Below, one piece after another: positions 23,773 to 35,900 of a DNA stretch of 64,000 bases; position 1 is the first letter of the stretch; each line of letters starts with the position of its first letter. This DNA is from Azolla caroliniana (Eukaryota > Plantae > Polypodiophyta). The position numbers and the translations under genes were made by a program. The DNA lies in assembly GCA_043228905.1 (NCBI GenBank), contig JBHGNT010000011.1:2108001-2172000 (forward strand). Direction: 5' to 3'. Below the pieces are notes generated by a model, which was given only the letters and a program-made list of their open reading frames with translations, was not told where the DNA came from and searched no databases.

Positions 23773-26082
23773 CTATGTATGAATGTACAAAACAGTGAGT
23801 TCACCGTAACCGGCTGGTTCCTCGAGTGCTAACCAGTCTCTTGCCGGTTGGGTCTGCTCATTGTAGAGTCTATCCTTACCGGTCGACTCGGAGTTCATTA
23901 TCTTCTTCTCTGACTCCCAGTCGGCGAGCGTCTTGTCCTCCATGAAAATAATATCTCGACTCCGGAATACCTTCTTGTTGACCGGGTCCCACACTCGGTA
24001 ACCGAACTCATCGTCACCGTAACCGAGGAATATGCATGGCCGGGTCTTTGGATCTAACTTTCCTCTCCTGTCCTTTGCTACATGCACTAACGCGAGACAC
24101 TCGAACACCCTCAGATGCCGGTAGGACACTTCCTTACCGGTCCATACTCTCTGTGGCGTGTCTCCATCCAAGGGTACTGAGGATGATCTATTTATCACAT
24201 ATGTCGCCGTCGACAGTGCCTCAGCCCAAAACTTCTTGGGTAGTTTTGCATGCGCTAACATACTCCGGACCCTCTCCATTATGGTCCGGTTCATCCTCTC
24301 GGCCAGTCCGTTTAGTTCCGGCGTCTTCGGCACGGTAAATTCGAGCCGGATTCCCTTCGAGCGGTAGTACTCCTCGAACTGCCCCCGGTACTCTCCTCCG
24401 TTATCTGCTCGAACCGCCTTCAGCTTCCGGCCGGTTTCTCTTTCCACTCTCGCGTGGAGCTCTTTGAAGACGGATAGCACATGGTCCTTCGTCTTCAGTG
24501 GTGTGGCCCACAGCTTCCGGGTGTGGTCATCTATGAACGTCACGAAGTACTGCGCTCCGGCATGTGACTTCGTGTCTACTTGACACACATCCGTATGCAC
24601 CAACTCCAGTGGTGCATTACGTCTCATCGGTGGCCTTGGTCGGAAGGAGGTCCGGTTCTGCTTACCGGCCAGACAATCAGTGCACTTCTGTAAGTGCACG
24701 TTCTTCACTGGAATGAGGTTGTCTTCTGCAAGCCTCTTCATCCCCTTCTCGCTCATATGACACAGCCTCTTGTGCCACAGCTCACCGGCAGTGTCGGATG
24801 CCACGTTCACTTCTTTCGGACATAACCGGGCATTCATCAGGTACATCGTGTTGACCTTCCGGGCCCGAGCCACAATCAGGCTCCCTTTGCTGAACTTCAG
24901 GACACCATTCCGGATGCTACCCGTGTAGCCTTCATCATCTAGCCGACCGGCTGATATCAGGTTCAGACGAACTTCCGGAACGTGCCGGACATCCTTCAGC
25001 AGCAACTTGCATCCGATTGGTGTTGTTAGCCACACGTCTCCTATGCCGACAATTTGGCATGTACCTTCATTCCCCATCCGGACACAGCCGTGGTCACCGG
25101 CTGAGTAGGATGAGAAGCATTTCCGGTCCGGGGTAAGGTGGAACGACGCTCCGGAGTCTACCACCCAGGTCATCTCGTCGCCGGCAAGGTTTCTCTCACT
25201 CTCCTCGGTGATGAGCATCAACTCTTCTTCACTTGCCGCGATTGCCGTCGTTCCCTTCCGGTCCGGCCCCCTCCGGTCTTTACCGTTCCGGTCCGGGGTT
25301 AGCTTCGAATCGGTACCGTCGGTTTCCTTGTCTTTACGGAAATGCCGACAGTTCTTTTGGAAGTGTCCCGGCTTGCCGCAATAGAAGCAAGTAGGCCTCC
25401 CCCTTGACTTTGACCGTGTCCCCGACTTCTCCCGGTTCTGAGGACTACGGTTTCTATGTCTTCCGCGTTCTGATTCGGTAAGGAGCGCTTTGGAGTCGGA
25501 GCTCGTATCTTTATCCTTCCGACGCGCCTCCTCATCTAGCAAGCTCGACTTTACTCTTGCTAGGGATAACCGCTTTCCTTCCGGCCTGGCGTTGCCCAAA
25601 GTGACAACCAACGTCTCCCAGCTATCCGGGAGGGAACCGAGCAGGAGTAGCGCTAGTACCTTGTCGGCAAGAGGTAGTTCCAATGACGTTGCCTGGTGGA
25701 TCAGCCCCTGGAAGGCATTCATGTGCTCCGCCATGCTGGAGCCATCTTGGTACCGGAGTCTTACTAGCTTCCGGAATACCGACACCTGATTGACAGCATT
25801 TTTGTTTTGGAACATTATGCCGATCTTCTCCCAGAGCTCATGAGCCTTGCTCTCTTCATTGAAGTGGTTGTATAGGCTCATGTCGATGAAGCACCGTATG
25901 TACGTTGTTGTCTTCATGTGCATCACCTCCCATATCGCGGCGTCGATTTTGTCCGGTCTCTTGTCCCCGAACTGAACCGGCAGCCAGAGGTCTTTAACCA
26001 TGAGCATGTTCCTCATCTTCGACTTCCACACTGAATAGTTGGAGCCGGTGAGCTTGAACATGCCGCCAAACGATTCGTCCAT
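23773..26082 (-). CDS. Uninterrupted copia Gag-protease-integrase ORF (no RT)
   Basis: MDESFGGMFKLTGSNY..., CFYCGKPGHFQKNC, WVVDSGAS, LWHKRLCH, HTDV/DNGGEY/AERMNRT (DDE); ATG at 26082. Confidence 0.85.
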   Translation of the reverse strand: MDESFGGMFKLTGSNYSVWKSKMRNMLMVKDLWLPVQFGDKRPDKIDAAIWEVMHMKTTTYIRCFIDMSLYNHFNEESKAHELWEKIGIMFQNKNAVNQVSVFRKLVRLRYQDGSSMAEHMNAFQGLIHQATSLELPLADKVLALLLLGSLPDSWETLVVTLGNARPEGKRLSLARVKSSLLDEEARRKDKDTSSDSKALLTESERGRHRNRSPQNREKSGTRSKSRGRPTCFYCGKPGHFQKNCRHFRKDKETDGTDSKLTPDRNGKDRRGPDRKGTTAIAASEEELMLITEESERNLAGDEMTWVVDSGASFHLTPDRKCFSSYSAGDHGCVRMGNEGTCQIVGIGDVWLTTPIGCKLLLKDVRHVPEVRLNLISAGRLDDEGYTGSIRNGVLKFSKGSLIVARARKVNTMYLMNARLCPKEVNVASDTAGELWHKRLCHMSEKGMKRLAEDNLIPVKNVHLQKCTDCLAGKQNRTSFRPRPPMRRNAPLELVHTDVCQVDTKSHAGAQYFVTFIDDHTRKLWATPLKTKDHVLSVFKELHARVERETGRKLKAVRADNGGEYRGQFEEYYRSKGIRLEFTVPKTPELNGLAERMNRTIMERVRSMLAHAKLPKKFWAEALSTATYVINRSSSVPLDGDTPQRVWTGKEVSYRHLRVFECLALVHVAKDRRGKLDPKTRPCIFLGYGDDEFGYRVWDPVNKKVFRSRDIIFMEDKTLADWESEKKIMNSESTGKDRLYNEQTQPARDWLALEEPAGYGELTVLYIHT

Positions 26083-26581
26083 TTTCTGTGTCGATTTCGC
26101 TCTGATACCACTTGACGGGAACCCAACGTTCCTTATGCGCAATGCTCGGCTACAGCCGAGATTCTTTTCATACACAGAAAACAGGAAACGAAACACACGA
26201 CACAAAGGAGAGGAAGATATACACACACTACACAGGAGGTTTACGTGGGAAAACCCCAAACTAGGGGAAAAAACCACGGCAGCCCACAGGCTGCAAGCTG
26301 TCACTATGTATGAATGTACAAAACAGTGAGTTCACGGAGGCAACGACCTCGGACTCACGATCTTCGCCACAGGCGGCGGTTACAACAGAGGCAACGACCT
26401 CGTCTCTCTCTTTCTCTCTGTACAGTTACGCACTCTCTCTTCTTCTTGCACCAACAAGGAAAAATGACAACAACAGTTACTAAAAGTTTTGCCCTAAGTC
26501 ATATTTATACTAATATGACTTTTCGGCTATTTACAAATGTAGTCTCGATAGGCTGTCAGAAACATATTTACGAATATGTCT

Positions 26582-26762
26582 CCTCATCCGGTTCATACCG
26601 GGCCTACACCATCCGGCTCTCCGTAGCCGAGTACTCCTCATCCGGTTCATACCGGGCCTACACCATCCGGCTCTCCGTAGCCGAGTACTCCTCATCCGGT
26701 TCATACCGGGCCTGCACCATCCGGCTCTCCGTAGCCGGGTACTCCTCATCCGGTTCATACCT
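26582..26762. repeat. 54-bp tandem repeats in LTR of element C
   Basis: ctcctcatccggttcataccgggcctacaccatccggctctccgtagccgagta x3. Confidence 0.9.
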
Positions 26763-27203
26763 CGGCCTATCGGCCTCGGCCGAGTTTGTTCGTCGGCATT
26801 GTTCTTCTCCCTTCCCATCCGGAGGGACCTGTTTCCCAACACGTGCCACAATCAGGCTCCCTCTGCAGAACTTCATGACTCCATTTCAGATGCTACCCAT
26901 GTAGCCTTCATCATCTAGCCAATTGGCTGATATCAGGTTCAACCAAACCTCCCGAACGTGTCCTATGTCTTTTAGTAGCAACTTGCACCCGGTTGATTTC
27001 ATCAACCACACGTCTCCTATGCCAACAATTCGGCATGCACCATCATTTCCCATCCGGACAGAACCGTGATCTCCGGTTCTGTAAGATGAGAATCACTTTC
27101 GGTCGGGATCAGATGGAACAACACTCCGGAGTCGACCACCCATGTCGTCTCGTCGCTGACAAGGTGTAGCTCGCTATCTTCGGTGATAAGCAGTAGTTCT
27201 TCT

Positions 27204-27948
27204 TGACAGGAACTACATGCTCCCGATGAACAACGCTCGGCCACAACTGAGCCTAGAATAAAACACAGAAAACAAGGAATGAAACACAACACGATAGAGA
27301 GAAGAGTACACAGGATGTTTACGTGGAAAACCCAAACTCGGGAAAAACCACGACAGCCCACAGACTGCAAACTATCACTATGTCAAAATGTACAATAAGA
27401 AAGCACCGAGGCCACGACCTCGAGCTTCCTATCTTCGCCACAGGCAGCAGTTACAACAGAGGCAACAACCTCTTCCTCTCTCTCACTCTCTCTGTACACA
27501 GTTGCACGCTCTAATCTTGCGCCAACAAGAATGACAACTACAATTTAAGTTTGCCCTAAGTCATATTTATACTAATATGACTTTTCGGCTATTTACAAAT
27601 ATAGCCCTGATGGCTTCTCAGGAAAACATATTTACGAATATGTCCCTTCATCCGGTGAGCACTTCTCACCGGGCCTTCACCATCCGACGCTTGCCGAGCA
27701 CTCGTCATCCGGTTCTCCGTAGCCGGGTACTCCTCATCCGGTTCTCACCAGGTCTTCACCATCCGGCTCTTGCCGGGTACTCGTCATCCGGTTCTGGGTA
27801 GCTGGGTACTCCTCATCCGGTTCTCACCGGGTCTTCTGTAGCCGGGTATTCCTCATCCGGTTTCGGCCTCGGCATATCGGCCTCGGCCGAGTTTGCTCAT
27901 CGACACTGTTCTCCTCACTTCCCATCCGGAAGGATCTGTTTCCTAACA
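27204..27948 (-). mobile_element. Copia solo LTR, TSD CTTCT
   Basis: CTTCT at 27199-27203 and 27949-27953; same family as solo LTR 40195-40902. Confidence 0.9.
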
Positions 27949-28792
27949 CTTCTTTGCTTGTTGCGATTGCTGACGTTCCTCTTCTCTTCGAAATCTTCAT
28001 CAGTTCCAGAGTCCAGACCGTTGGTTTCCCCTTTGGCTTTTCGGAAGTGTCGGCAATTCTTCATGAAGTGCCCCGGCTTTCTGCAATAAAAGCAAGTGGG
28101 CTTTCCCCTTGACTTCGACCTCGTCCCCGATTTGTCCCGGTTTTGGGGACTCCGATTCCGACCTCTTCCCCGGTTATGGTCATGTTTTGTGACCAAGGCC
28201 TTCGGATCGGTTTCGGACTCCCGGTCCTTCCGGCGAGCTCCTTCATCTAGCAAGGTCGTCTTTACTCTTGCTAGGGATAAGTGTTTACCTTCCGGCCCGG
28301 CATTGCCCAAAGTGACAACGAGCGTCCCCCAACTATACGGGAGGGAATCGAGCAAGAGCAATGCGAGTACCTCGTCGGCTAGATGTACTTCCAACGAGAT
28401 TGTTTGATTTATGAGCCCCTAGAAAGCATTATGTGCTCCGCCATGCTGAATCCATCTTGGTACCGGAGTCTCACTAACTTCCGGAATACCGAAACCCGAT
28501 TTAAGGCGTTCTTGCTCTCCAGCATGGTACCAAGTTTCTCCCAGAGCACATGTGCCTTACTTTCTTCATTAAAGTTGTTGTACAGGCTCATGTCGATGAA
28601 GCACTGGATGTATGTCGTCGTCTTTATATGCAGTACCTCCCACGTCATGGCATCGATCTTGTTCGGTTTCTTATCCCTGAACTGTACCGGAAGCCAAAGA
28701 TCTTTGACCACGAGCATGTCCCTCATCTTCGACTTCCACACTGGATAGTTGGAGCTAGTGAGCTTGAACATACTTCCGAATGACTCTTCCAT
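27949..28792 (-). pseudogene. Copia gag of element A
   Basis: MEESFGSMFKLTSSNY..., CFYCRKPGHFMKNC. Confidence 0.85.
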
Positions 28793-28816
28793 CTGTTGTT
28801 CGCTCCGATACTAGTT

Positions 28817-29347
28817 TGTGAGGAATAGGGCTCGGCCACAATTGAGTCTTAATCACTCAATGGAAGAACAAAATAGAAATGGGCATTAATACACTTACAC
28901 AGACAACAAAGAGGATATGGGATGTTTATGTGGAATACCCTTATAGGGGGGGAAAAAACAAGAGCCCATAGACTCCAACTTTCACTATAAGAGAAAGGGG
29001 GTATAATAGGAGACTCAGAGGTAACGATCTCGAGCTCTATACCATCACCAACCGGCGGTTACAATAGAAAGACTTTTTGTATCTCACTCACTCTCTCTCT
29101 TTCTCTCTGTATCTCTATGCACACATATATTAACAACTACACCTTGTGTCCTAAAGTGATTGCCCTAAGTCATATTTATACTTATATGACTTCATGACTA
29201 TTTACAAATATAGCCATGACAAGCCCACTAGAAACATATTTACAAATATGTCCTAGGATCCGGTTCACACCGAATCCATCCAGATACCTTTCCGGATCCA
29301 TCCAATCCGGCTTCCGGATCCCATTCGGAGGGACCTATTTCTCAACA
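28817..29347 (-). repeat. 5' LTR of copia element A
   Basis: TG...CA termini, adjacent PBS remnant, followed by TSD CGATT. Confidence 0.85.
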
Positions 29348-29569
29348 CGATTTACTCACCTTGGGTGTTTTATGGAAGAAGAAAGACGAATCATCGCACA
29401 AGGTCGTCGAGAAGGGAGGATGTTTATTCTCAAAACGAACGACGTAGGCACCAGTATATTCGCCAAAGCGTAGAAAGTCAAAACAGATATCAACTTGTGG
29501 CACAAGTGGTTCGGCCACGTCAACTTCCCACGGCTTCGGGAAATGCAAATGAAGAATATCGTTTATACA

Positions 29570-29881
29570 AACTCTCTCTGTGTCTATACAACAATGATAA
29601 TAACAACCTTTTTGCACTACATAAAGTGATTGCCCTAAGTCATATTTATACGTATATGACTTCAGGACTATTTACAAATATAACCATGATAGACTTACTA
29701 GAAACATATCTACAGATATGTCCCTAGATCCGGTTCACACCGAATCCATCCGGATACCGTTCTAGATCCATCTGATATGGCTTCCAGATCCCATCTGGAG
29801 GGACTTGTTTCTCAACATGATTTACTCACCTTGGGTGCTTTATCGAAGAGGAAGGACGAATCATCGCACAAGGGCGCCGAG
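29570..29881. repeat. Second copy of LTR end plus flanking host sequence
   Basis: 29623-29880 resembles 29153-29410, including the LTR/host junction ctcaaca-(c/t)gatttactcacc. Confidence 0.8.
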
Positions 29882-31356
29882 TGTTAGATATAATCAATGA
29901 TCGGCCTGAAGTTGTAAATCTATCCCCATATGTGCTCTTAGAGTGCACATTTTGTGATAGCGCCCCAAATGAGGAGTGGCTAGTGTGCAATTCGACCATA
30001 TGGGTTGATAAGGTGTTAATCTAGGAAACCATAGATGTGTAGGACACAATGTATTTAGGAAAGAGCGAAATAGGTAATAGGATTGGCTAATCAAGTCAAC
30101 TAGAATATTTTGTGGGCAAGTTACGATGTACTTAGTCTTGAAATATGTGCCATTGACTTCAAGATAAGTACTATCTAGCACTGGCCTATATCTAGGGAAT
30201 TGGGTCATGTTAAATGACAAGTCAGTTGACAGAAAAGGAATATCTCCAATACTATCAATTGACTTGCACATTTAATGTTATACTCAGACCAAACATAGAA
30301 TATAATCCACTTTCTTACATAGTGGTTGGATTGATCATCAGTTCCCACTAATTTTGTAGTGATGAAAGATCAAATGCCTCAGGACTGATGGTAGAAAGGA
30401 GTACTTTTCTTACCAGTTCTGTAGTTATCTGCAAAAGGAAAGAATTGGACAATAGAGGAAGTGACACGAGAAATGGTTGAGGAGATGTTAAGATACAAGC
30501 TCAATATTGAGTGCGTAAACCTGTGCGTAGACTGGATGTGTAAACCGGGTGCAAATGAGAGGTCATAGCGGTGTGTAAACCGGGAGGCCTTTGGATGGAT
30601 ATTGTGCGTAGCAATGGGCGCGGTTCGGTTTCGGTTCAGTTCGGTTTCTTGGCCTTGAAACCAAACCAAACCATTTATTTATATTAAAAACCAAACCAAA
30701 CTGTTTAAATTTTATGAAGCCATTTAAACCAAACTGTTTACAACCGAACCGTTTAAACCAAATTGTTTATGAAAAATTTAGAACCAAACCAAATTGGTTT
30801 ATCATAAATCAAAACCAAAGAAAACCTATAAACCTTCAAAACTTTTAAACCTTTAAACCAAACTATATAAACCAAAACTGCTAAATCGTGGAATTCAAAA
30901 CCGAACCGAACCAAAACCGATAAAATGATAAGCCGCTAAACCATGAAATTCAAAACCAAACCGGATCATAATATTTGAAACCAAACCAAACGGTTTATTT
31001 ATCTTCGAACCAATAAACTGTTAAGCCATGGCTTAACGATTCAGTTCGGTTTGAGCCGAAACCGTGCCCATTGCTAGTTAGTGTAGGGGCTCATTGATGA
31101 GCATTGAAGTACGAGTCAGTACTTTTGTCAATCCGTATGGACTTGTATAAAAGTGCTCTCTGAGCACATCCTATGTACAGAGTTTTAGAGTATTTTTTTG
31201 GAATAGAGTTTGTTGTGTTCTGCTCTCTCTATCTCTCCCGCGTACGCTGTGTTCATTAAGCTTTCCATTAAACCTTCCTCATCTTCCTTGTCTCTTTGCC
31301 TTTTGTCTGTTGTTATCGGGTTGTGTCTGTTAAGCTTTCGCATGTATTATTTTACA
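29882..31356. mobile_element. Unclassified LTR-like segment (TGTTAG...TTTACA)
   Basis: TG/CA ends interrupting copia coding sequence; LTR-like U5 (ctctctatctctcccgcgtac); no TSD recovered. Confidence 0.45.
30609..31076. mobile_element. Non-autonomous DNA transposon (hAT-like MITE)
   Basis: TIRs TAGCAATGGGCGCGGTT / AACCGTGCCCATTGCTA; many AAACC(G) subterminal repeats; TSD not clean. Confidence 0.75.
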
Positions 31357-31865
31357 AGAAGCATATGTTGAAGTTCTACTGGGCCGAAGTGGTTAGGACA
31401 GCCGTGTACCTTCAGAATCAGACTTCTGCAAATGGAGGAGTGTCACCACATGAGCTATACTTCGGGAAGAAACCGAATTTGGGACACTTGAGGGTGTTCG
31501 GCAGCATAGCATATGTGCATGTTTTGAAGGAGAAGCTGAGGAAGCTAGACTCCAAAGACGATAAGTGTTATAACCCCCAAATGAAAGAGGTCTGAGTAAG
31601 CCAAGATGTCGTATTCGATGAGTCAACTTCGTGGTACTTGCCCTCTTCTCCAACCCCTGTTACCTCCATTCCGAATTCTGAGGATGAGGTGAGGTATCAC
31701 CACATCTTAGAGCTAATCTCTAACAAATGTTTGAACCTCCGAAAGATCAACACCAAGTTTAACATTGTCGATTTCTTAACAAAACTGCTTCAAGGGCATT
31801 GGTTCAAAGCACTTATTAGACATATGGGGTCCTACAATTCCAAATCAACTGAAAAAAGTAACTAA
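31357..31865 (+). pseudogene. Copia integrase and RNase H remnants
   Basis: KFYWAEVVRTAVYLQN...HLRVFGSIAYVHV; INTKFNIVDFLTKLL. Confidence 0.7.
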
Positions 31866-32957
31866 ATTGGCAGAAATGTCATTCCCTCTTCCTTTATTGG
31901 ATTTGGGAACAAGTTTGGCTCTCTTCCTATGACGATAGGCTTGATGTTCCTGTTGAAATAAATAAGCTCATTAGTATATTAGAATTTAAATATATTGAGT
32001 TATTATAACTAGGGTATAAGTTTTATTTAATAAATAAGTAAATATTAAGTAGTATTGTTACTAACTTATTAGTATATTATTAAAATATTATAATATATAG
32101 TAGATAATACTAATAATTTAAATATGTTATAAAGATTTTACATTTAGACATATATCTATTTACTTTAAAAGTAGTGGGCAAGATGAGGTGGAACTACCAG
32201 CCCCCACATTGGTTGTTTCCTACTCACCTCCCACCCTCCCTCCTGTTAGGATCTTGTCCCTTCTAATGGGAGAAATTAGCAGTCGAATCCTAGTCAATCA
32301 ATCAAATAGACCAATAAGTCGACTTGTGGGTCAACTGTATTGGATGGTCGATCCAAGTCAAGGACAATAGGTGGACTAATCGGCCTGACCGGATGATCGA
32401 TGACAAGATCTGCAAGTCAGACCGACTAGATAGTCAACATAGGAGTGGGCTAGTCGAATTGACTAGACAGTCAACTTGTCGGTCGGACAGTCGAGTCAAC
32501 TAGTTGGCCGATTAACTGTAATTATTATTATATAATAACAATAACTTATTCCTAAGTTCTATAAATATGAGGAGCTAGGGAAAACATTAGCAAGAGAGAG
32601 AGAGAGAGAGAGAGACATAGATGTTGTGCAGAAAGAGATACATAGAATAGAAGAGAAACAGAGAGAGTGTGAGTGAAGGCATAGTTTTGTGGAACCTGCC
32701 CAAACCCTCTAAAGGGATTCTCTGTTGTCTGAGTTTTATATATAGAAAGCTTGAGAGCTTTGTAACCTACTGTTTGTACTCTTGAATCATAGTGAAAATC
32801 TATTGTCCCATGGTTTTCCCTGTCTTTAGGGATTCCACGAAAAAGGTGTGTACTGTGTATTTTTGTTCTGTTTTCTGTTTTGTATATTTCCATCTATCTT
32901 TCTCGTCTATCTACGGTCCTAAACCCAACAAACTGGCATCAGAGCTTGAGGTGCAAG

Positions 32958-35900
32958 ATGGAAGGAGGTGTGAGTGGTTTCCTAGGAATGATAGTCCTAA
33001 ACTCACACAACTACTTTGACTGGAAGATCTTCTAATAGTCAGAGACCTGTAGGAGCCCATAGACAGAAGTGAAATACCCAGAGGTGTGTTAGAGTCTTAA
33101 TGGAAGATCCTAAACAGGAAGGTTGTGGCCACCCTTAGACAATGTGTAGACGTGAGTTTCCTACAACATGTGGCTAACGACACAAATGCCTACGAAATGT
33201 GGCACAAACTGTCAGGGTTGTATGAAAGGAAAAATGCCCTCAGCAAGGCCTCTCTGATGAGAAAGATCGTAAGACTAAAGTACAGAGATAGAGAAAGCAT
33301 AGTAGTACACATCAACACCGTCATGGGGTTAGTAAAGTCAACTTGCGGCAGCCAAGTTGCCCCTAGACGATGCTCTTCAGGCTCTACGAGCCTAAAGAGC
33401 ATCGTCTCAGTGCCTTCTACCAAGAAGAGAAGTATTCTAAAAGAGGAAACAAGAATGAAGGACAACAGTGTCTTGTCCCAATTGGAGGAAAATATGGCAC
33501 GACATCCTGGAAGAGGAAGAAGTAAACACAGAAGTCCAGAAAAGAGAGACGAGGCTCATGCCAGGTCCAAGTCCAGAGGAAAGCTCACATGTTTTTATTG
33601 TGGAAAACATGAGTACTTCCAAAAGGATTGTCGACACCTTAAGAAAGAAAAAGGCGCTTTGAACAATGTCAAACCCAGAATGATTTTTGAGGAGAAGGGC
33701 ACTACTAAAGAAGAGGTCTTGTTCATTTGCGAGCAAGTGAGTGTAAACCTCGCAAATGAAGAGTGCACTTGGGTGATTGTCGTTCCATTTAATTCCCATC
33801 TTACACAATCGGTGACTATGGTTATGTAAAGATGAGAGATAATGGAGCATGCAAGATAGCCGGCATCGGAAGTGTATGTCTGACAACATCGATTGGTTGT
33901 AGACTGATCCTAAGGGATGTTCGACATGTGCCTGATATTAGGCTAAATCTGATATCAACTAGAATATTGGACGATGAAGACTACAATGGTAGTTTTCAAA
34001 ACGACATGTGGAAGTTCTATAAAGGAAGTCTCATAGTGGCCCGAGCATAGAAGTAGGGCACATTGTATGTGATGCATGCCAAGTTGTGCAAGGATGAAGC
34101 AAATGTGGCAGTTGACTCAAAAGGGGAGCTATGGTATAAGAGGCTTGGTCATATGAGCAAGAGAGGCATGCATATTCTGGACAACAAGAAACTTCTTCTG
34201 GAAGTGAAACATACACACTTGGAGAAATGTGTTGACTGCTTGGTCGAAAAGCAAAACAGAGTTGCATTTCACTCAAGACCACCAAAGAGAAGAGAATGTG
34301 CACTAGAATTAGTCCACACATATGTGTATTATGTGGATGCTCAATCACAATGAGGTGGACAATACTTTGTGAAATTCATTGACGACTATAGCAGAAAGTT
34401 GTGGGATTTCATGCTAAAGTCGAAAGACCAACTGTTGACGGTTTTTTAGGAATTTTAGGCCAGAGCTAAAAGAGAGTCTGGAAGAAAATTGAAGATTGTC
34501 CAAACCTACAATGGTGGCAAATACAGAGGACAGTTTGAGGAATATTGCAAGACCCAAGGCATAAAACTCGAGTATATGGTGTCTAAGAACCCTGAACTGA
34601 ATGTTCTTGGAGAGAGGATGAATCGAACCATAATGGAAAGATTGAGGAGCACGTTGTAACATGCAAAGCTTCCAAAGTCGTTTTGGGTTGAAGCTATGTT
34701 GACAAGAGTCTATCTGATTAATAGGTCTCCCTCAGTGCCCTTGAGAGGTGATGTCCAACAGCGGGTTTGGATAGGTAAAAGTGTGTCCTATCAACACTTG
34801 AAGGTGTTTGGATGCTTGGCATATATGCATGTTGCAAAGGACCATAGGTCGAAGCTGGATAGCAAGTCAAAGCCATGCATATTTCTGGGGTACTCTGAAG
34901 ATGAGTTCGGCTACAAGATATGGGATTTACTTGACAAGAAAGTGGTGAGGAGTCAGGACATTATGTTCTTGGAAGACAAGACGATTCAAGACTAGAAACA
35001 ACAGAAGTTGGGGTCTTCTTCCTAGTCGACTCCCACTACTATGGACTCAAGACTAGTTGATTCTACACAGTCGACTGTTAGAAGACAGTTAGTCGACTCA
35101 ACCGAATATGAATTAGTCGACTCGGAGCAATCTACTAATACATATGAGTTGGAATCGGCTGACCTACAGAGATCGATTGAGGCATACGAGTCGGAGTCAG
35201 TCAATCTTCAGAAACCGGTCGACATGTATGAACCAGAGTCGAGTGAATATTCGGCAGATACATCCGAACCTGAGCCGACCATGGTAGGTGGAAGATATCC
35301 ACTCAGACAGAGGAAAGAACCTTCATGATACTCTAGCCAATATGTTCTATTGATTGATGAGGATGACCCGGAATGCTACGAGGAAGTTATGGCAAACGAG
35401 CACAAGGAGAAGTGGCATAGTTCAATGCAAGATGAGATGAACTCCTTGCATTAAAATTACACTTACGACTTGGTAGAGTTACCAAAAGGTAAGAGAGCCC
35501 TGAGAAACAAATGGGTCTTCAATCTAAAAAATGGGGAAGATGGCAGCTCACCCAGATACAAGGCCCGAATTGTAGTAAAGGGATTTCAACAGAAGAAGGG
35601 GGTCGACTTTGATGAGATATTTACACCAGTTGTAAAGATGACATCCATTCGAACAATGTTAAGTATTGTTGCCAGTATGAATATGGAAATAGAGAAATTG
35701 GATGTCAAAATAGCATTCTTGCATGGAGAATTAGACGAAGAGATCTGTATGCAGCAACCCAAAGGTTTTGTAGATAAAGGAAAAGAGAATTTGGTGTGTC
35801 GACTAAGGAAGAGCTTGTATGGTTTGAAGTAAGCTCCACGTTAATGGTATAAGAAGTTTGAATCCTTCATGTTGGAACATGGATTCTATAAAGCACAAGC

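Larger units (their letters stand above)
23582..26841 (-). mobile_element. Young copia (Tork-like) element C, TSD CGTGC, RT/RNase H and most of 3' LTR deleted
   Basis: CGTGC at 23577-23581 and 26842-26846; LTR 26113-26841 and LTR part 23582-23805 nearly identical; PBS complement gctctgatacca 26099-26110. Confidence 0.92.
2670..29347 (-). mobile_element. Ty1/copia (Tork/Tnt1-like) element A, TSD CGATT, expanded to 26.7 kb by nested insertions
   Basis: CGATT at 2665-2669 and 29348-29352; related LTRs 2670-2971 (truncated) and 28817-29347; degenerate iMet PBS at ~28801-28813; gag 28792-27949, PR/INT 27203-26842 and 23581-22475, RT 15370-14481. Confidence 0.8.

Noticed and set aside
26083-26304. 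N-terminal 74 codons of the 843-aa ORF
   Set aside because: Lies in LTR/PBS and begins at a non-ATG codon; homologous gags start at M(D/E)ESFGG.
26582-26762. CRISPR-like array
   Set aside because: Head-to-tail repeats without unique spacers inside a plant LTR; no cas genes.
35022-35280. Novel repeat protein (VDST/YELES repeats)
   Set aside because: Variable linker between copia integrase and RT of element E.
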